DNA of 64,000 bases from a virus: IMG/VR virus record IMGVR_UViG_3300020477_001932, positions 10,257 to 74,256 of that record. One strand, 5' to 3'. The notes below the pieces were generated by a model, which worked only from the letters and a program-made list of their open reading frames with translations, searched no databases and was not told where the DNA came from. Both the position numbers and the translations under genes were made by a program. Numbering within the stretch: position 1 is the first letter of the stretch; each line of letters begins with the position of its first letter. This document shows, piece by piece, positions 27,261-36,349 of this stretch.

Positions 27261-28507
27261 AAGACGCGATTTACATTCCAGCATATAGTGATGGTTTAAT
27301 GAATTTACTGGAAAAAGATGATGCTGATGCAAGTGAAAAATATCAGTCAAGTTTTGATAAAAAGAAATCATTAAGAATATATAAGAAAGATAGTGATTCG
27401 TATTTTAAGAATTTCTTTATGTTAATCTCAGCTGGTACACAACATAATAAAAAAGATTTTAGAAAAACTATTCAAGCAGAAGATGCAAAGATATTTGTTG
27501 ATAGTGGAGGATACCAGTTAGCACATTCCACAGTTAATCATAAAAAGTACACAGATGATATAGCTTTGAAATGGTCTGAAGAAAATGGTGATATATTTCC
27601 AATTTTAGATAGGCCAACATTTACGCTTGGAATGATGAGAGATGGAAAACCAGTATCGCCATATAAAGATTATCAAGAATGTTTGGATTTGTCAGTAAAT
27701 TCTGCAAAACATTATTCAGAAAATCGTACACGTTCAGATGCAAAAATCTTAAATGTTATACAGGGCCAAACGATACCACAAGTTAAGAAGTGGTATGATG
27801 AAATAAAGAAGTATGAGTTTGAGGGTTGGGCATATGGTGGTACAAGAGGCAATTTGGGTCGTATTGTTCCAGCAATATTGTTTTTAATTAATAACAAAGA
27901 ATTTGATAGACCTAAGTGTGATTTATTTCATATATTTGGTGTAACATCAAATGAAAGTATGATTTATTTTCAGTATCTTCAAATGTTACTAAATAAACAT
28001 AATATTGATATGCAGATAACATATGATTCAACATACTGGAATCGTACTGTTGTTTTTGGTGGTTACTTTACAGAGGCTAGATATATTACTGGAACTGGTA
28101 TGGCTTCTATGAATTGGCCTAATACAATTAGTTATGAAAATCTTTCAAAAGATTTTAAATTACCTTGTCATTGTCCTATATGTAAAGATTGCACAGATGT
28201 TTATTCTTTATTTAATCAATATAAGACAAATAAAGAGGGCAAAGAAGTGGTAGTTTTTAGAGATTTTAATATGACAATGGCATTTCATAATTTATATTTA
28301 CAGTTAGAATATCTTGAAAATATTACAAGAATTTTAAAATCAGGCATGAAAGAGATTTATTTAGAGTTTTTTCCAAAGAAAATTTATGATAATTTAATCT
28401 TTTTAGAAGGAGTTTTTAATAATATGTCAAAAGATTGGGAAGGAGAGCTAAATAAACGATTTCTAAAGGCTGAGGATCTTAATACATTAGAGGGTTTTTT
28501 TGGATGA
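27257..28507 (+). CDS. TGT-fold guanine transglycosylase, DpdA-like
   Basis: FVDSGGYQ, ILDRP, VIQG, GWAYGG, HIFGV and YDS motifs; CHCPIC...HN Zn site; located in the que operon. Confidence 0.82.
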   Translation: MKDAIYIPAYSDGLMNLLEKDDADASEKYQSSFDKKKSLRIYKKDSDSYFKNFFMLISAGTQHNKKDFRKTIQAEDAKIFVDSGGYQLAHSTVNHKKYTDDIALKWSEENGDIFPILDRPTFTLGMMRDGKPVSPYKDYQECLDLSVNSAKHYSENRTRSDAKILNVIQGQTIPQVKKWYDEIKKYEFEGWAYGGTRGNLGRIVPAILFLINNKEFDRPKCDLFHIFGVTSNESMIYFQYLQMLLNKHNIDMQITYDSTYWNRTVVFGGYFTEARYITGTGMASMNWPNTISYENLSKDFKLPCHCPICKDCTDVYSLFNQYKTNKEGKEVVVFRDFNMTMAFHNLYLQLEYLENITRILKSGMKEIYLEFFPKKIYDNLIFLEGVFNNMSKDWEGELNKRFLKAEDLNTLEGFFG

Positions 28508-28540
28508 TATGATTAATTTTTTTCGATACCTTGTGAGAGT

Positions 28541-28548
28541 TATAAATA
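28541..28548 (+). promoter_or_regulatory. Possible late promoter
   Basis: TATAAATA 20 nt upstream of ATG 28569. Confidence 0.5.
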
Positions 28549-28568
28549 ATTATGTAAAGGGGGTAACA

Positions 28569-29366
28569 ATGATGGAAGAAGAAAACAAACCAAAACGACC
28601 TAGTGATTGGGCTAAAGAAGAAAAGGCTAAACAACCAGAAAAAAAACCATTAGAAGAACAAAAGTTTGATAAAAATGGTAAGCTTTTTGTTAAACTTACT
28701 ATGGATGATAGTGCATTGGTAGTTCGTGCTGACGGTTCTGTTGAGTTAATTAGCCATGACTTAGAAAACTCAGATGATGGTTATGTTGGTGATGTTGAAG
28801 ATTTAAATAAAACTTTTTCTTTGGTGTTAGCATTAGCTTCTGCATTAGAGAATGAAGATTTGTATAATCGTATATTCCATAACCTTAATATGACATTGAT
28901 GAAAAAATGGGATAATATGCCTGATGATATTAAACAACAAATTGTAAAAAAGAGAAATAAAATTGATAACAGTCGAAATTCTCAAGAAGAGCTAGAAAAG
29001 AAGAAACGTGTTGAGGAATTTCGTAAACGAATGAACAAATATAAAGAAACTTTCTTAGATGATTTGGATGCAGAAAAAGAAAGACTGAAACAAGATATGC
29101 GTGATGAAGAAGATTTCCATAAACGGTATGGTAGAGATTTTGGTGCTGAACAAGAATATCCAGATCACTTAATGCCAGAAGATATTGATCCTTTTATGAA
29201 TGGCCCAGGTGGAGATATGGAATCCAGACCAAGAAAAAAGATAAAGAAAAAGAAAGTTTCTTTGGATAGTCTAAGAGGTGTTGATTGGGACCCATACCAT
29301 GAAACATTAAAAACTAAAAAGGGAAAATGGCGTTTAGATTATCCCCCTGATGATGAGGAGGAATAA
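28569..29366 (+). CDS. Hypothetical protein (paralog of 18356..18916)
   Basis: AAGGGGG RBS; KLTMDDSALVVRADGS motif; charged coiled-coil. Confidence 0.7.
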   Translation: MMEEENKPKRPSDWAKEEKAKQPEKKPLEEQKFDKNGKLFVKLTMDDSALVVRADGSVELISHDLENSDDGYVGDVEDLNKTFSLVLALASALENEDLYNRIFHNLNMTLMKKWDNMPDDIKQQIVKKRNKIDNSRNSQEELEKKKRVEEFRKRMNKYKETFLDDLDAEKERLKQDMRDEEDFHKRYGRDFGAEQEYPDHLMPEDIDPFMNGPGGDMESRPRKKIKKKKVSLDSLRGVDWDPYHETLKTKKGKWRLDYPPDDEEE

Positions 29367-29743
29367 TGAATCCGTTTGAGTATGCTAATGAGTTGATAAC
29401 AAAAGATAAGTATGATGAAGAAGTACCAGATAGAAAAGATTATAAACCATTTCTGATTAATCGTACTTTATCATATCATAATGATTTAATACATTATGTC
29501 AATTATTTGAATCAATATCCAGATGTAAATGATAAACTGCATTATGATTTTCTTAATTTGTCCATAGCAAAGAAAAAGAGACCTAAGAAATGGTGGGTCA
29601 AGGGCAAGAAGTATGAGAACATGGAAGTTATAAAAGAGTATTATAAGTACAGTACAGATAAGGCAATTACAGCCTTGTCAGTTTTATCTGATAAAGATAT
29701 TAAAAACATCAAAAATAAGCTCTTCAAGGGCGGAGGAAAGTAA
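29366..29743 (+). CDS. gp62: Clamp loader small subunit gp62
   Basis: Y.PFLINRTLSY, YDFL, IKEYYKYS..KA..AL and KGG motifs; upstream of regA. Confidence 0.9.
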   Translation: MNPFEYANELITKDKYDEEVPDRKDYKPFLINRTLSYHNDLIHYVNYLNQYPDVNDKLHYDFLNLSIAKKKRPKKWWVKGKKYENMEVIKEYYKYSTDKAITALSVLSDKDIKNIKNKLFKGGGK

Positions 29744-29746
29744 TAT

Positions 29747-29754
29747 TATAAATA
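29747..29754 (+). promoter_or_regulatory. Late promoter upstream of regA
   Basis: Intergenic TATAAATA. Confidence 0.65.
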
Positions 29755-29808
29755 CTTATATAATGTATTATATTCTATAAAAACAGTTGATTTGAAAGGA
29801 ACAGTACA

Positions 29809-30279
29809 ATGAATGATAATGTTAAGTGGTCAATCGAAGATATGATAGAAGTTCGATTGAAAGAAGATGATGATTTTCTAAAAGTCAAAGAAACACTCAC
29901 ACGAATTGGAATAGCCTCGCGCAGAGAAAAAAAGTTATTTCAATCTTGCCATATACTACACAAACAAGGTAAATATTATATTGTGCATTTTAAAGAGTTG
30001 TTTGCTCTTGATGGAAAGCCTACCAACATTTCTGAGAACGATATTGAACGTAGAAATACCGTTGTAAATCTTTTGAACGAATGGGACTTGGTTGAGATCG
30101 TTGTACCTGAAAAGGCTCAACCAACTACTTCTATTCGACAAATGAAAATTCTTCCTTTTAGTGAAAAGGGTGAATGGGATTTACAAGCTAAATATACTAT
30201 TGGTAATGTATCAATAAAAACAACTAAAGAACCTAAAGAAAAATCTTTTGAAATAAATGATGATGATTTTGCAATATGA
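29809..30279 (+). CDS. regA: Translational repressor RegA
   Basis: DDFLKVKETLTRIGIAS and QSCHILHKQGKYYIVHFKELF motifs. Confidence 0.97.
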   Translation: MNDNVKWSIEDMIEVRLKEDDDFLKVKETLTRIGIASRREKKLFQSCHILHKQGKYYIVHFKELFALDGKPTNISENDIERRNTVVNLLNEWDLVEIVVPEKAQPTTSIRQMKILPFSEKGEWDLQAKYTIGNVSIKTTKEPKEKSFEINDDDFAI

Positions 30280-30539
30280 AAATTCTTTTATTATGTAGTA
30301 TTATTATTATTACTAGTTGTACTACTGCTAGTGAATTGGCTTTAAATACAGCAGCTGGTGTATTAGGTAATATGATTGATAGAAGGGTTGAAGATAAACT
30401 TGGTAATGATGCTGGTTTATCTGATGAAAAACTTGATGGTAAGATAAGTAGAAAAAATGTTATTTTATGTAAACTAACTTTTATAGAAAATGAGGAGCGA
30501 TATTATGAATGTGAAGATCGTGAAGATGATAAGCGGTGA
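30276..30539 (+). CDS. Small lipoprotein
   Basis: Signal peptide with ITSC lipobox-like cysteine. Confidence 0.6.
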   Translation: MKILLLCSIIIITSCTTASELALNTAAGVLGNMIDRRVEDKLGNDAGLSDEKLDGKISRKNVILCKLTFIENEERYYECEDREDDKR

Positions 30540-30786
30540 AGAAATTATAGGTGAATGGGACGATAAAGCAGGTATAATAAAAAATCCTGTTGTAATGATT
30601 CCCGTGGATAAAAATAAAATAGCTTTCCAACCATGGCTTCCATATGCCGAAGATAAAGAATACAAATTAAAAGAAGCACAGATACACGTTGTAGCTAATC
30701 CTAGCTCTACGATTGTTAATGAATACAATCGTATGTTTGGCTCAGGTATAGTGGTTCCTACTGATGGTGGTGGGCTTATTGCTTAA
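30505..30786 (+). CDS. Conserved T4-like hypothetical protein preceding gp43
   Basis: VKIVKMISGEEIIG...PWLPY...YNRMFGSGIVVP. Confidence 0.75.
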   Translation: MNVKIVKMISGEEIIGEWDDKAGIIKNPVVMIPVDKNKIAFQPWLPYAEDKEYKLKEAQIHVVANPSSTIVNEYNRMFGSGIVVPTDGGGLIA

Positions 30787-30790
30787 GCTT

Positions 30791-30823
30791 TTCCTTACAT
30801 TACGAACCTTTTTTTGATATAAT
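30791..30823 (+). promoter_or_regulatory. Early promoter for DNA polymerase (very short or no leader)
   Basis: TTCC-TTACAT-17bp(TGA)-TATAAT; 9 nt separate the -10 box from the ATG; no SD. Confidence 0.75.
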
Positions 30824-30832
30824 ATATACACT

Positions 30833-33346
30833 ATGAAATTCTATACCTACGCAAGTCAAGTATTCAATAAAATCTATATTCGTGAAATAGATAATAAGGG
30901 TGAAGAATATTCTGAAACATTTGATTTCAAACCAACTCTTTATGTTCCAGCCCCAAAAGAAAAAGCAAATTTTAAAACATTAGATAATCGGCCTTTGGCT
31001 GATATAAAGTTTCCTTCAATAAAAGAGTGTAAAGATTTTATTGACCAATATTCAGGTGTTACCAATTATAAGATTTTTGGTAATACAAATTATGTATTTC
31101 AGTTTTTATCTGAGCAATACGCTGATGATGTTCAATGGGATAAATCCAAAATATTAATATATACTCTTGACATTGAGGTTGCTTCAGATGATGGCTTTCC
31201 AGATATTCGTTTGGCCAATGCACCAATAACAGCAATAACAGTTCATAACAGCATTAACGATACATATTATGTTTTTGGTACTGGTGATTATATACCAGAT
31301 AAAAATATTAAGTATTTTCGTTTAGATAATGAAGAAGAAATGATGCAAGTTTTCTTGGATTGGTGGAAAGATAATCCGCCTCATATCATTACTGGATGGA
31401 ATTGTAAATTCTTTGATATTCCATACATTGTCAATCGAATGAAATATCTTGATATTGAAGCCAAGTATCTTTCACCAATTAAAAGAGTAGTCGATAAGAA
31501 TGTAGTTATTGCAGGCCGTGATAATATGTATTATACGATTATCGGCATATCTACTCTGGATTATATTGATTTATATAAAAAATATACTTACAAGGCAAGA
31601 GAATCATATCGTCTGGATTATATAGGCCAAGTGGAGCTTGGCATGGGAAAAATTACAGATGATGAAATGCAAGGGTATGATTTATATAAAACAGATTATC
31701 AAAAGTTTATAGAATATAATATAAAAGACGTTGAGATTGTTAAAAAACTAGACGATAAGATGAAATTATTGGATTTGGTCATAACTATAGCCTATGAATC
31801 CAAGATTAATTTTGAAGATGTATTTTCACCAGTTAAGACCTGGGAAACTATTATTTACAATTTCTTGAGAAAACAAAATATAGCTGTTCCACAGGAACGG
31901 CATAAGGGAGAAACAAAAGGTGGCATTGAGGGTGGATATGTAAAAGAACCTCATGTTGGTTTACATAAATGGGTAGTATCATTTGACTTAAATTCTCTTT
32001 ATCCACATTTAATTCAGCAATACAATATCAGTCCAGAAATGATTTCAGATGATGAAGTTCTCAAGATAAAATATAAAGATGGAGTCAAAGGCTTACTGAA
32101 TAAGCAATTAGATACAAAATATTTAAAAGAACATCAAATGACGTTGACTCCAAATGGTCAACATTTCTCAACAAAACGTCAAGGATTTCTTCCAAAGTTA
32201 ATGAAATCTATGTATGATGAAAGAGTTATTTACAAAAAGAAAATGCTTGAAGAAGAGCAGAGATTGGAGGATGGAAATTATAAAAATAAAGAAGAAGTTG
32301 TAAATAATATAGCAAAATTTAATAATGTCCAGATGGCTAAAAAGATACTCTTAAATAGCGCCTATGGTGCATTGGCCAATCAGTATTTCTTGTATTATTC
32401 TCCTGAACAGGCAGAAGCCGTTACTATGTCTGGTCAGTTGTCGATTAGATGGATCGAAAAGTATATAAATAAATTCATCAACGATTTACTCAAAACAGGA
32501 GATAGAGATTATGTTATCGCATCGGATACAGATAGCATTTATATCACGTTTGATAAGTTGGTTAATGAAGTGTGGGGAGAGGGAGCTGAAACTGAGAAAG
32601 TTATCATGTTCTTGGATAAAATGTGCAAAGATAGGATTGAACCATATATTGATGAGTGTTATAAAGTTCTTCATTCGTATGTAAATTCATACGAGCAGAA
32701 GATGGTGATGAAAAGAGAGTCGATAGCTGACAAAGGTATCTGGACAGCTAAGAAACGATACATTTTAAATGTATATGATTCTGAGGGTGTAAGATACAAA
32801 GAACCTAAATTAAAGATAATGGGTATTGAGAGTGTCAGAAGTTCTACCCCTCAATGGTGTCGGGAGAACATACAATCGTTGATAAAGACAATTATCAATA
32901 CAGATGAGCAGACAGTAATAAAAACTATTGAAGATTATAGAGAAACTTTCAAGACTTTGAAGTTTAGTGATATTGCATTTCCAAGATCAGTCAAAGGCTT
33001 GAGTAAATATAAATCTTCAAAAGATATTTACATTAAAGCTACTCCAATTCATGTTCGGGGTACTTTATTGTATAACCATCATTTAAAGGAGAAAAACTTA
33101 GTAAAGAAATATCAATTAATCCGTGATGGAGAAAAGATTAAGTTTGCATATCTGAAAGAGCCAAACATACTCGGTGAGAATGTGATTGCTATTGCAACTG
33201 TCTTGCCGAGTGAGTTTGGTTTAGAGAAATATATAGATTATGACTTACAATTCGATAAATCGTTTCTGCAGCCAATTAAGAATATATTGGATGTTATTGG
33301 ATGGAAGTCAGAGAATATGAGTTCGTTAGAATCATTTTTTGGGTGA
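30833..33346 (+). CDS. gp43: Family B DNA polymerase gp43
   Basis: DIEV exonuclease motif, SFDLNSLYP, KILLNSAYG, SDTDS and KKRY motifs; C-terminal SLESFFG clamp-binding peptide. Confidence 0.98.
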   Translation: MKFYTYASQVFNKIYIREIDNKGEEYSETFDFKPTLYVPAPKEKANFKTLDNRPLADIKFPSIKECKDFIDQYSGVTNYKIFGNTNYVFQFLSEQYADDVQWDKSKILIYTLDIEVASDDGFPDIRLANAPITAITVHNSINDTYYVFGTGDYIPDKNIKYFRLDNEEEMMQVFLDWWKDNPPHIITGWNCKFFDIPYIVNRMKYLDIEAKYLSPIKRVVDKNVVIAGRDNMYYTIIGISTLDYIDLYKKYTYKARESYRLDYIGQVELGMGKITDDEMQGYDLYKTDYQKFIEYNIKDVEIVKKLDDKMKLLDLVITIAYESKINFEDVFSPVKTWETIIYNFLRKQNIAVPQERHKGETKGGIEGGYVKEPHVGLHKWVVSFDLNSLYPHLIQQYNISPEMISDDEVLKIKYKDGVKGLLNKQLDTKYLKEHQMTLTPNGQHFSTKRQGFLPKLMKSMYDERVIYKKKMLEEEQRLEDGNYKNKEEVVNNIAKFNNVQMAKKILLNSAYGALANQYFLYYSPEQAEAVTMSGQLSIRWIEKYINKFINDLLKTGDRDYVIASDTDSIYITFDKLVNEVWGEGAETEKVIMFLDKMCKDRIEPYIDECYKVLHSYVNSYEQKMVMKRESIADKGIWTAKKRYILNVYDSEGVRYKEPKLKIMGIESVRSSTPQWCRENIQSLIKTIINTDEQTVIKTIEDYRETFKTLKFSDIAFPRSVKGLSKYKSSKDIYIKATPIHVRGTLLYNHHLKEKNLVKKYQLIRDGEKIKFAYLKEPNILGENVIAIATVLPSEFGLEKYIDYDLQFDKSFLQPIKNILDVIGWKSENMSSLESFFG

Positions 33347-33350
33347 AGTT

Positions 33351-34541
33351 GTGAAGATTTATATAGAAGATGAGTTTATTAATCTTGTAAGAAAAGATAT
33401 AAATCCATTGTCTTTTAAAGATTTTGTTCAAACAAAACAAATAAGCAATTTGTGGGATAAATTAGAATTTGATGATATTAGGATAAAGTCTTTAAAAACA
33501 AAAGAAGAATTTTATAAATGGTGTTATGATTTCATTCATAATGACGAGCCACTTAAAGTATATTTTAGAAAAAGATTATCATATAATACACAATCAGTAC
33601 ATGAAGAAGTACCAATACAAAATATAAAAAATATAAAAGATTCTATAATACATATATCGAATAATTCTAGGTATATAAAAAATATAAATTTACCAAGTAT
33701 TTTAGATTGTAGAGCATTTGATGGTAAAAGTATAAAAAATATATATAAAGATGCACTTGAACTTGGTAAGATAGATAGATGTATAACAATGCCATCTGTT
33801 TTTAAAGATTCTTCTAATGGAAATTATGATACGTTTGTGGTTACAATGAAAACTATTTCTGGGCAAATGTCTATTTTTAGTCCAGTAATTTATAATATGT
33901 TATTAAATAAGGTAAATGGATATTTAGAAAAAAAAGATAAATGTAAAATACTTATTCCATCTGCTTCGTGGGGTAGTCCTATTATAGCTACTTTGAATGA
34001 AGAAAAATATTCAGATATTCATATAGTTGATGTTCAACAAGCAGTTTTAAATGTTTGTGAGGATATTTTTAATGATTATGTAGATAAGCCTTTTCGTAAG
34101 TTATCTGGCATTAAACCCCCATACAATTTAAAAACATTTTGTGTACCATCTGAAAATATGACTGAGGTTATTGATAATAATTATGATACAGTATTCTTTT
34201 GTCCGCCTTATTATGATTTAGAGCTTTATGGTGGTAGTGATTTACAATCAACTACTTTATATCAAACGTATGAAGAATGGTTAGATTTATATTGGAGAAA
34301 AACAGTTAATGAATGTTATAAAGTTTTAAATACTGGTGGAATGTTTTGTTTTGTGATGGGTAGGCTTTGTAGAGGATATGAAATGGGTAATGATATGAAA
34401 AAAATTGCAGAAGAAAAATTTAATTTAATTGATGAAATTAAAATATTGCCCCCTAATGAATCAACTAGGGATAGCAATAAAATTGAAAAGTATGAAATAT
34501 GTTACATTATGAAAAAGGAGATAGATTATGGCAGTAAATAA
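33351..34541 (+). CDS. Putative amino-type (N4C/N6A) DNA methyltransferase with divergent motifs
   Basis: ILIPSASWGS (SAM motif I-like) and FFCPPYYDLELY (motif IV-like); L..GG.FCF. Confidence 0.7.
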   Translation: MKIYIEDEFINLVRKDINPLSFKDFVQTKQISNLWDKLEFDDIRIKSLKTKEEFYKWCYDFIHNDEPLKVYFRKRLSYNTQSVHEEVPIQNIKNIKDSIIHISNNSRYIKNINLPSILDCRAFDGKSIKNIYKDALELGKIDRCITMPSVFKDSSNGNYDTFVVTMKTISGQMSIFSPVIYNMLLNKVNGYLEKKDKCKILIPSASWGSPIIATLNEEKYSDIHIVDVQQAVLNVCEDIFNDYVDKPFRKLSGIKPPYNLKTFCVPSENMTEVIDNNYDTVFFCPPYYDLELYGGSDLQSTTLYQTYEEWLDLYWRKTVNECYKVLNTGGMFCFVMGRLCRGYEMGNDMKKIAEEKFNLIDEIKILPPNESTRDSNKIEKYEICYIMKKEIDYGSK

Positions 34542-35559
34542 TTTGGTCAAACAATTAATAAAGGAGAGTTCAAATGATATGGCGTCGGTTGTATCCGCTG
34601 GGATTCTTGGTGATTGCTCTACTTTTGTGGATACTGGGTCTTATACGTTAAATGCTTTATTGAGTGGTTCTTTATATGGTGGTGTTCCATCAAATAAGAT
34701 TACTTGTTTAGCAGGACAAGAGGCTGTCGGTAAAACATTTTTTGCATTAAGCATAGCCAAGAATTTTTTAGATACTAATAAAGATGGTATTATATTATAT
34801 TTTGAAAGTGAAGGTGCATTGACAACGGAAATGATAACAGATAGAGGATTAGATCCTGATAGATTTATTGTATTTCCAGTTGCTACAGTAGAAGAATTTA
34901 GAACACAATGTCTCAAAGTTATAGAGGGAGTTCCAAAAGACCACAAAGTTATGATCTTTTTGGATTCTCTAGGAAATTTATCAACAAAGAAAGAAATGGA
35001 AGATTCTGCTAGTGGTTCTGATAAAAGAGATATGACTAGAGCTCCTGTTGTTAGGGGAACATTCAGAACATTAGCAATTAAATTAGCAAGTAAAAACATT
35101 CCACTTATTATCACAAATCATACTTACGATAAAGTCGGCAGTATGTTTCCATCAAAAGAGATTTCTGGTGGTGGTGGAATTAAGTATGCAGCTTCAGTAA
35201 TTGTTACTCTAGGAAAACGAAAAGTTAAAGAGGGTACTGAAGTGATGGGTAATATTATTAAGTGTAAGCTACATAAAGGTAGATTTACAAAAGAAGAATC
35301 AGTTGTTGAAACAATGCTTGACTACCAGACTGGCTTAGACAAATATTTTGGACTGGTTGAGATTGCAGAGAAATATGAAATTTTTAAAAAGGTTTCTACA
35401 AGATTTGAAATGCCAGACGGAACAAAAGTTTTTGAAAAGGCAATCGTCAATAATCCAGAAAAATACTTTACAGAGGATATAATGAAACAACTTGAAGAAG
35501 CTGTATTTCAAGAGTTTAATTATGGCTCCAAAAAGGGAGAACAGGATGAGGACGCATGA
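34528..35559 (+). CDS. uvsX: RecA-like recombinase UvsX
   Basis: DTGSYTLNALLSG, AGQEAVGKT, FESEGA, DSLGNL, DMTRA and GGGG..YAAS motifs. Confidence 0.96.
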   Translation: MAVNNLVKQLIKESSNDMASVVSAGILGDCSTFVDTGSYTLNALLSGSLYGGVPSNKITCLAGQEAVGKTFFALSIAKNFLDTNKDGIILYFESEGALTTEMITDRGLDPDRFIVFPVATVEEFRTQCLKVIEGVPKDHKVMIFLDSLGNLSTKKEMEDSASGSDKRDMTRAPVVRGTFRTLAIKLASKNIPLIITNHTYDKVGSMFPSKEISGGGGIKYAASVIVTLGKRKVKEGTEVMGNIIKCKLHKGRFTKEESVVETMLDYQTGLDKYFGLVEIAEKYEIFKKVSTRFEMPDGTKVFEKAIVNNPEKYFTEDIMKQLEEAVFQEFNYGSKKGEQDEDA

Positions 35560-35701
35560 TGTAGGTTTAAAAATATTATGGATGGTTGTTGGTATTATTA
35601 TAGTTGGAGGAATTTACTGCTTATCATATTATAACGTGGATGAAGCCGTGGTAAGTGAGTCGAAAACATTTATGGAATTTGTGAGAACTGTATTAAAATG
35701 A
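35546..35701 (+). CDS. Small single-TM protein
   Basis: ILWMVVGIIIVGGIYCL hydrophobic stretch; coupled on both sides. Confidence 0.55.
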   Translation: MRTHDVGLKILWMVVGIIIVGGIYCLSYYNVDEAVVSESKTFMEFVRTVLK

Positions 35702-36348
35702 TAACAATGAATAACGAAGAAACAGAAAGATTATTTAGAGCATATACATCTTATAGGGGAGTATATGCTCATTTTTTTGGTGAGTATGATTATTTTAAGT
35801 ATGGAGGTTCTGGGCCATGGAATAATCCAGATTCAATGGAAAAGTTTTTTAATAAAAATGAGTCTGGTAATTTTTCCATGCAAAGAACTATATTTAAAAA
35901 TATTGCAAACTCATTTGATAGTAAAAAAGACTTAGTATTCTTTTTTCTTTCACAATTTACTAATGAGTTGATTTATCCGACAGTATTTGATACAGATGTT
36001 TATGATGAATATAAAGCCAGGATGAATAACTTTGATTTCCATATACAACAAGATATGGAAGAAGTCAAAAAGTGTATGAAAGAATATAATATAAGCTTTG
36101 ATGAGATATTCATTACTAAAAGTATGAATCATCCATATATATTGAAGCTAAGTCTTTCAAAGAGAATATCATTAGAAACATTTGCAGTATTAGATATGAT
36201 ATTGAATTTTATTCCAGAGATAGATAAGTATTTAAAAGACCCTATCTGGAAAGATCATAAGAAGTTAGTTGTGAATTATAAGCCATTTTTAGAAGTAGAT
36301 ATAGAAAAGCAAAAGAAATTAATAATGGATGTACTTATGAAAGGATGA
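35698..36348 (+). CDS. gp59: Helicase loader gp59-like
   Basis: AHF..EYDYFKY, HPYILKL, ISLETF.VLD and YKPFL motifs. Confidence 0.8.
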   Translation: MITMNNEETERLFRAYTSYRGVYAHFFGEYDYFKYGGSGPWNNPDSMEKFFNKNESGNFSMQRTIFKNIANSFDSKKDLVFFFLSQFTNELIYPTVFDTDVYDEYKARMNNFDFHIQQDMEEVKKCMKEYNISFDEIFITKSMNHPYILKLSLSKRISLETFAVLDMILNFIPEIDKYLKDPIWKDHKKLVVNYKPFLEVDIEKQKKLIMDVLMKG

Positions 36349-36349
36349 T

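Noticed and set aside
32464-32471. TATAAATA inside gp43
   Set aside because: It lies mid-gene, far from any start, and is expected by chance in AT-rich DNA.
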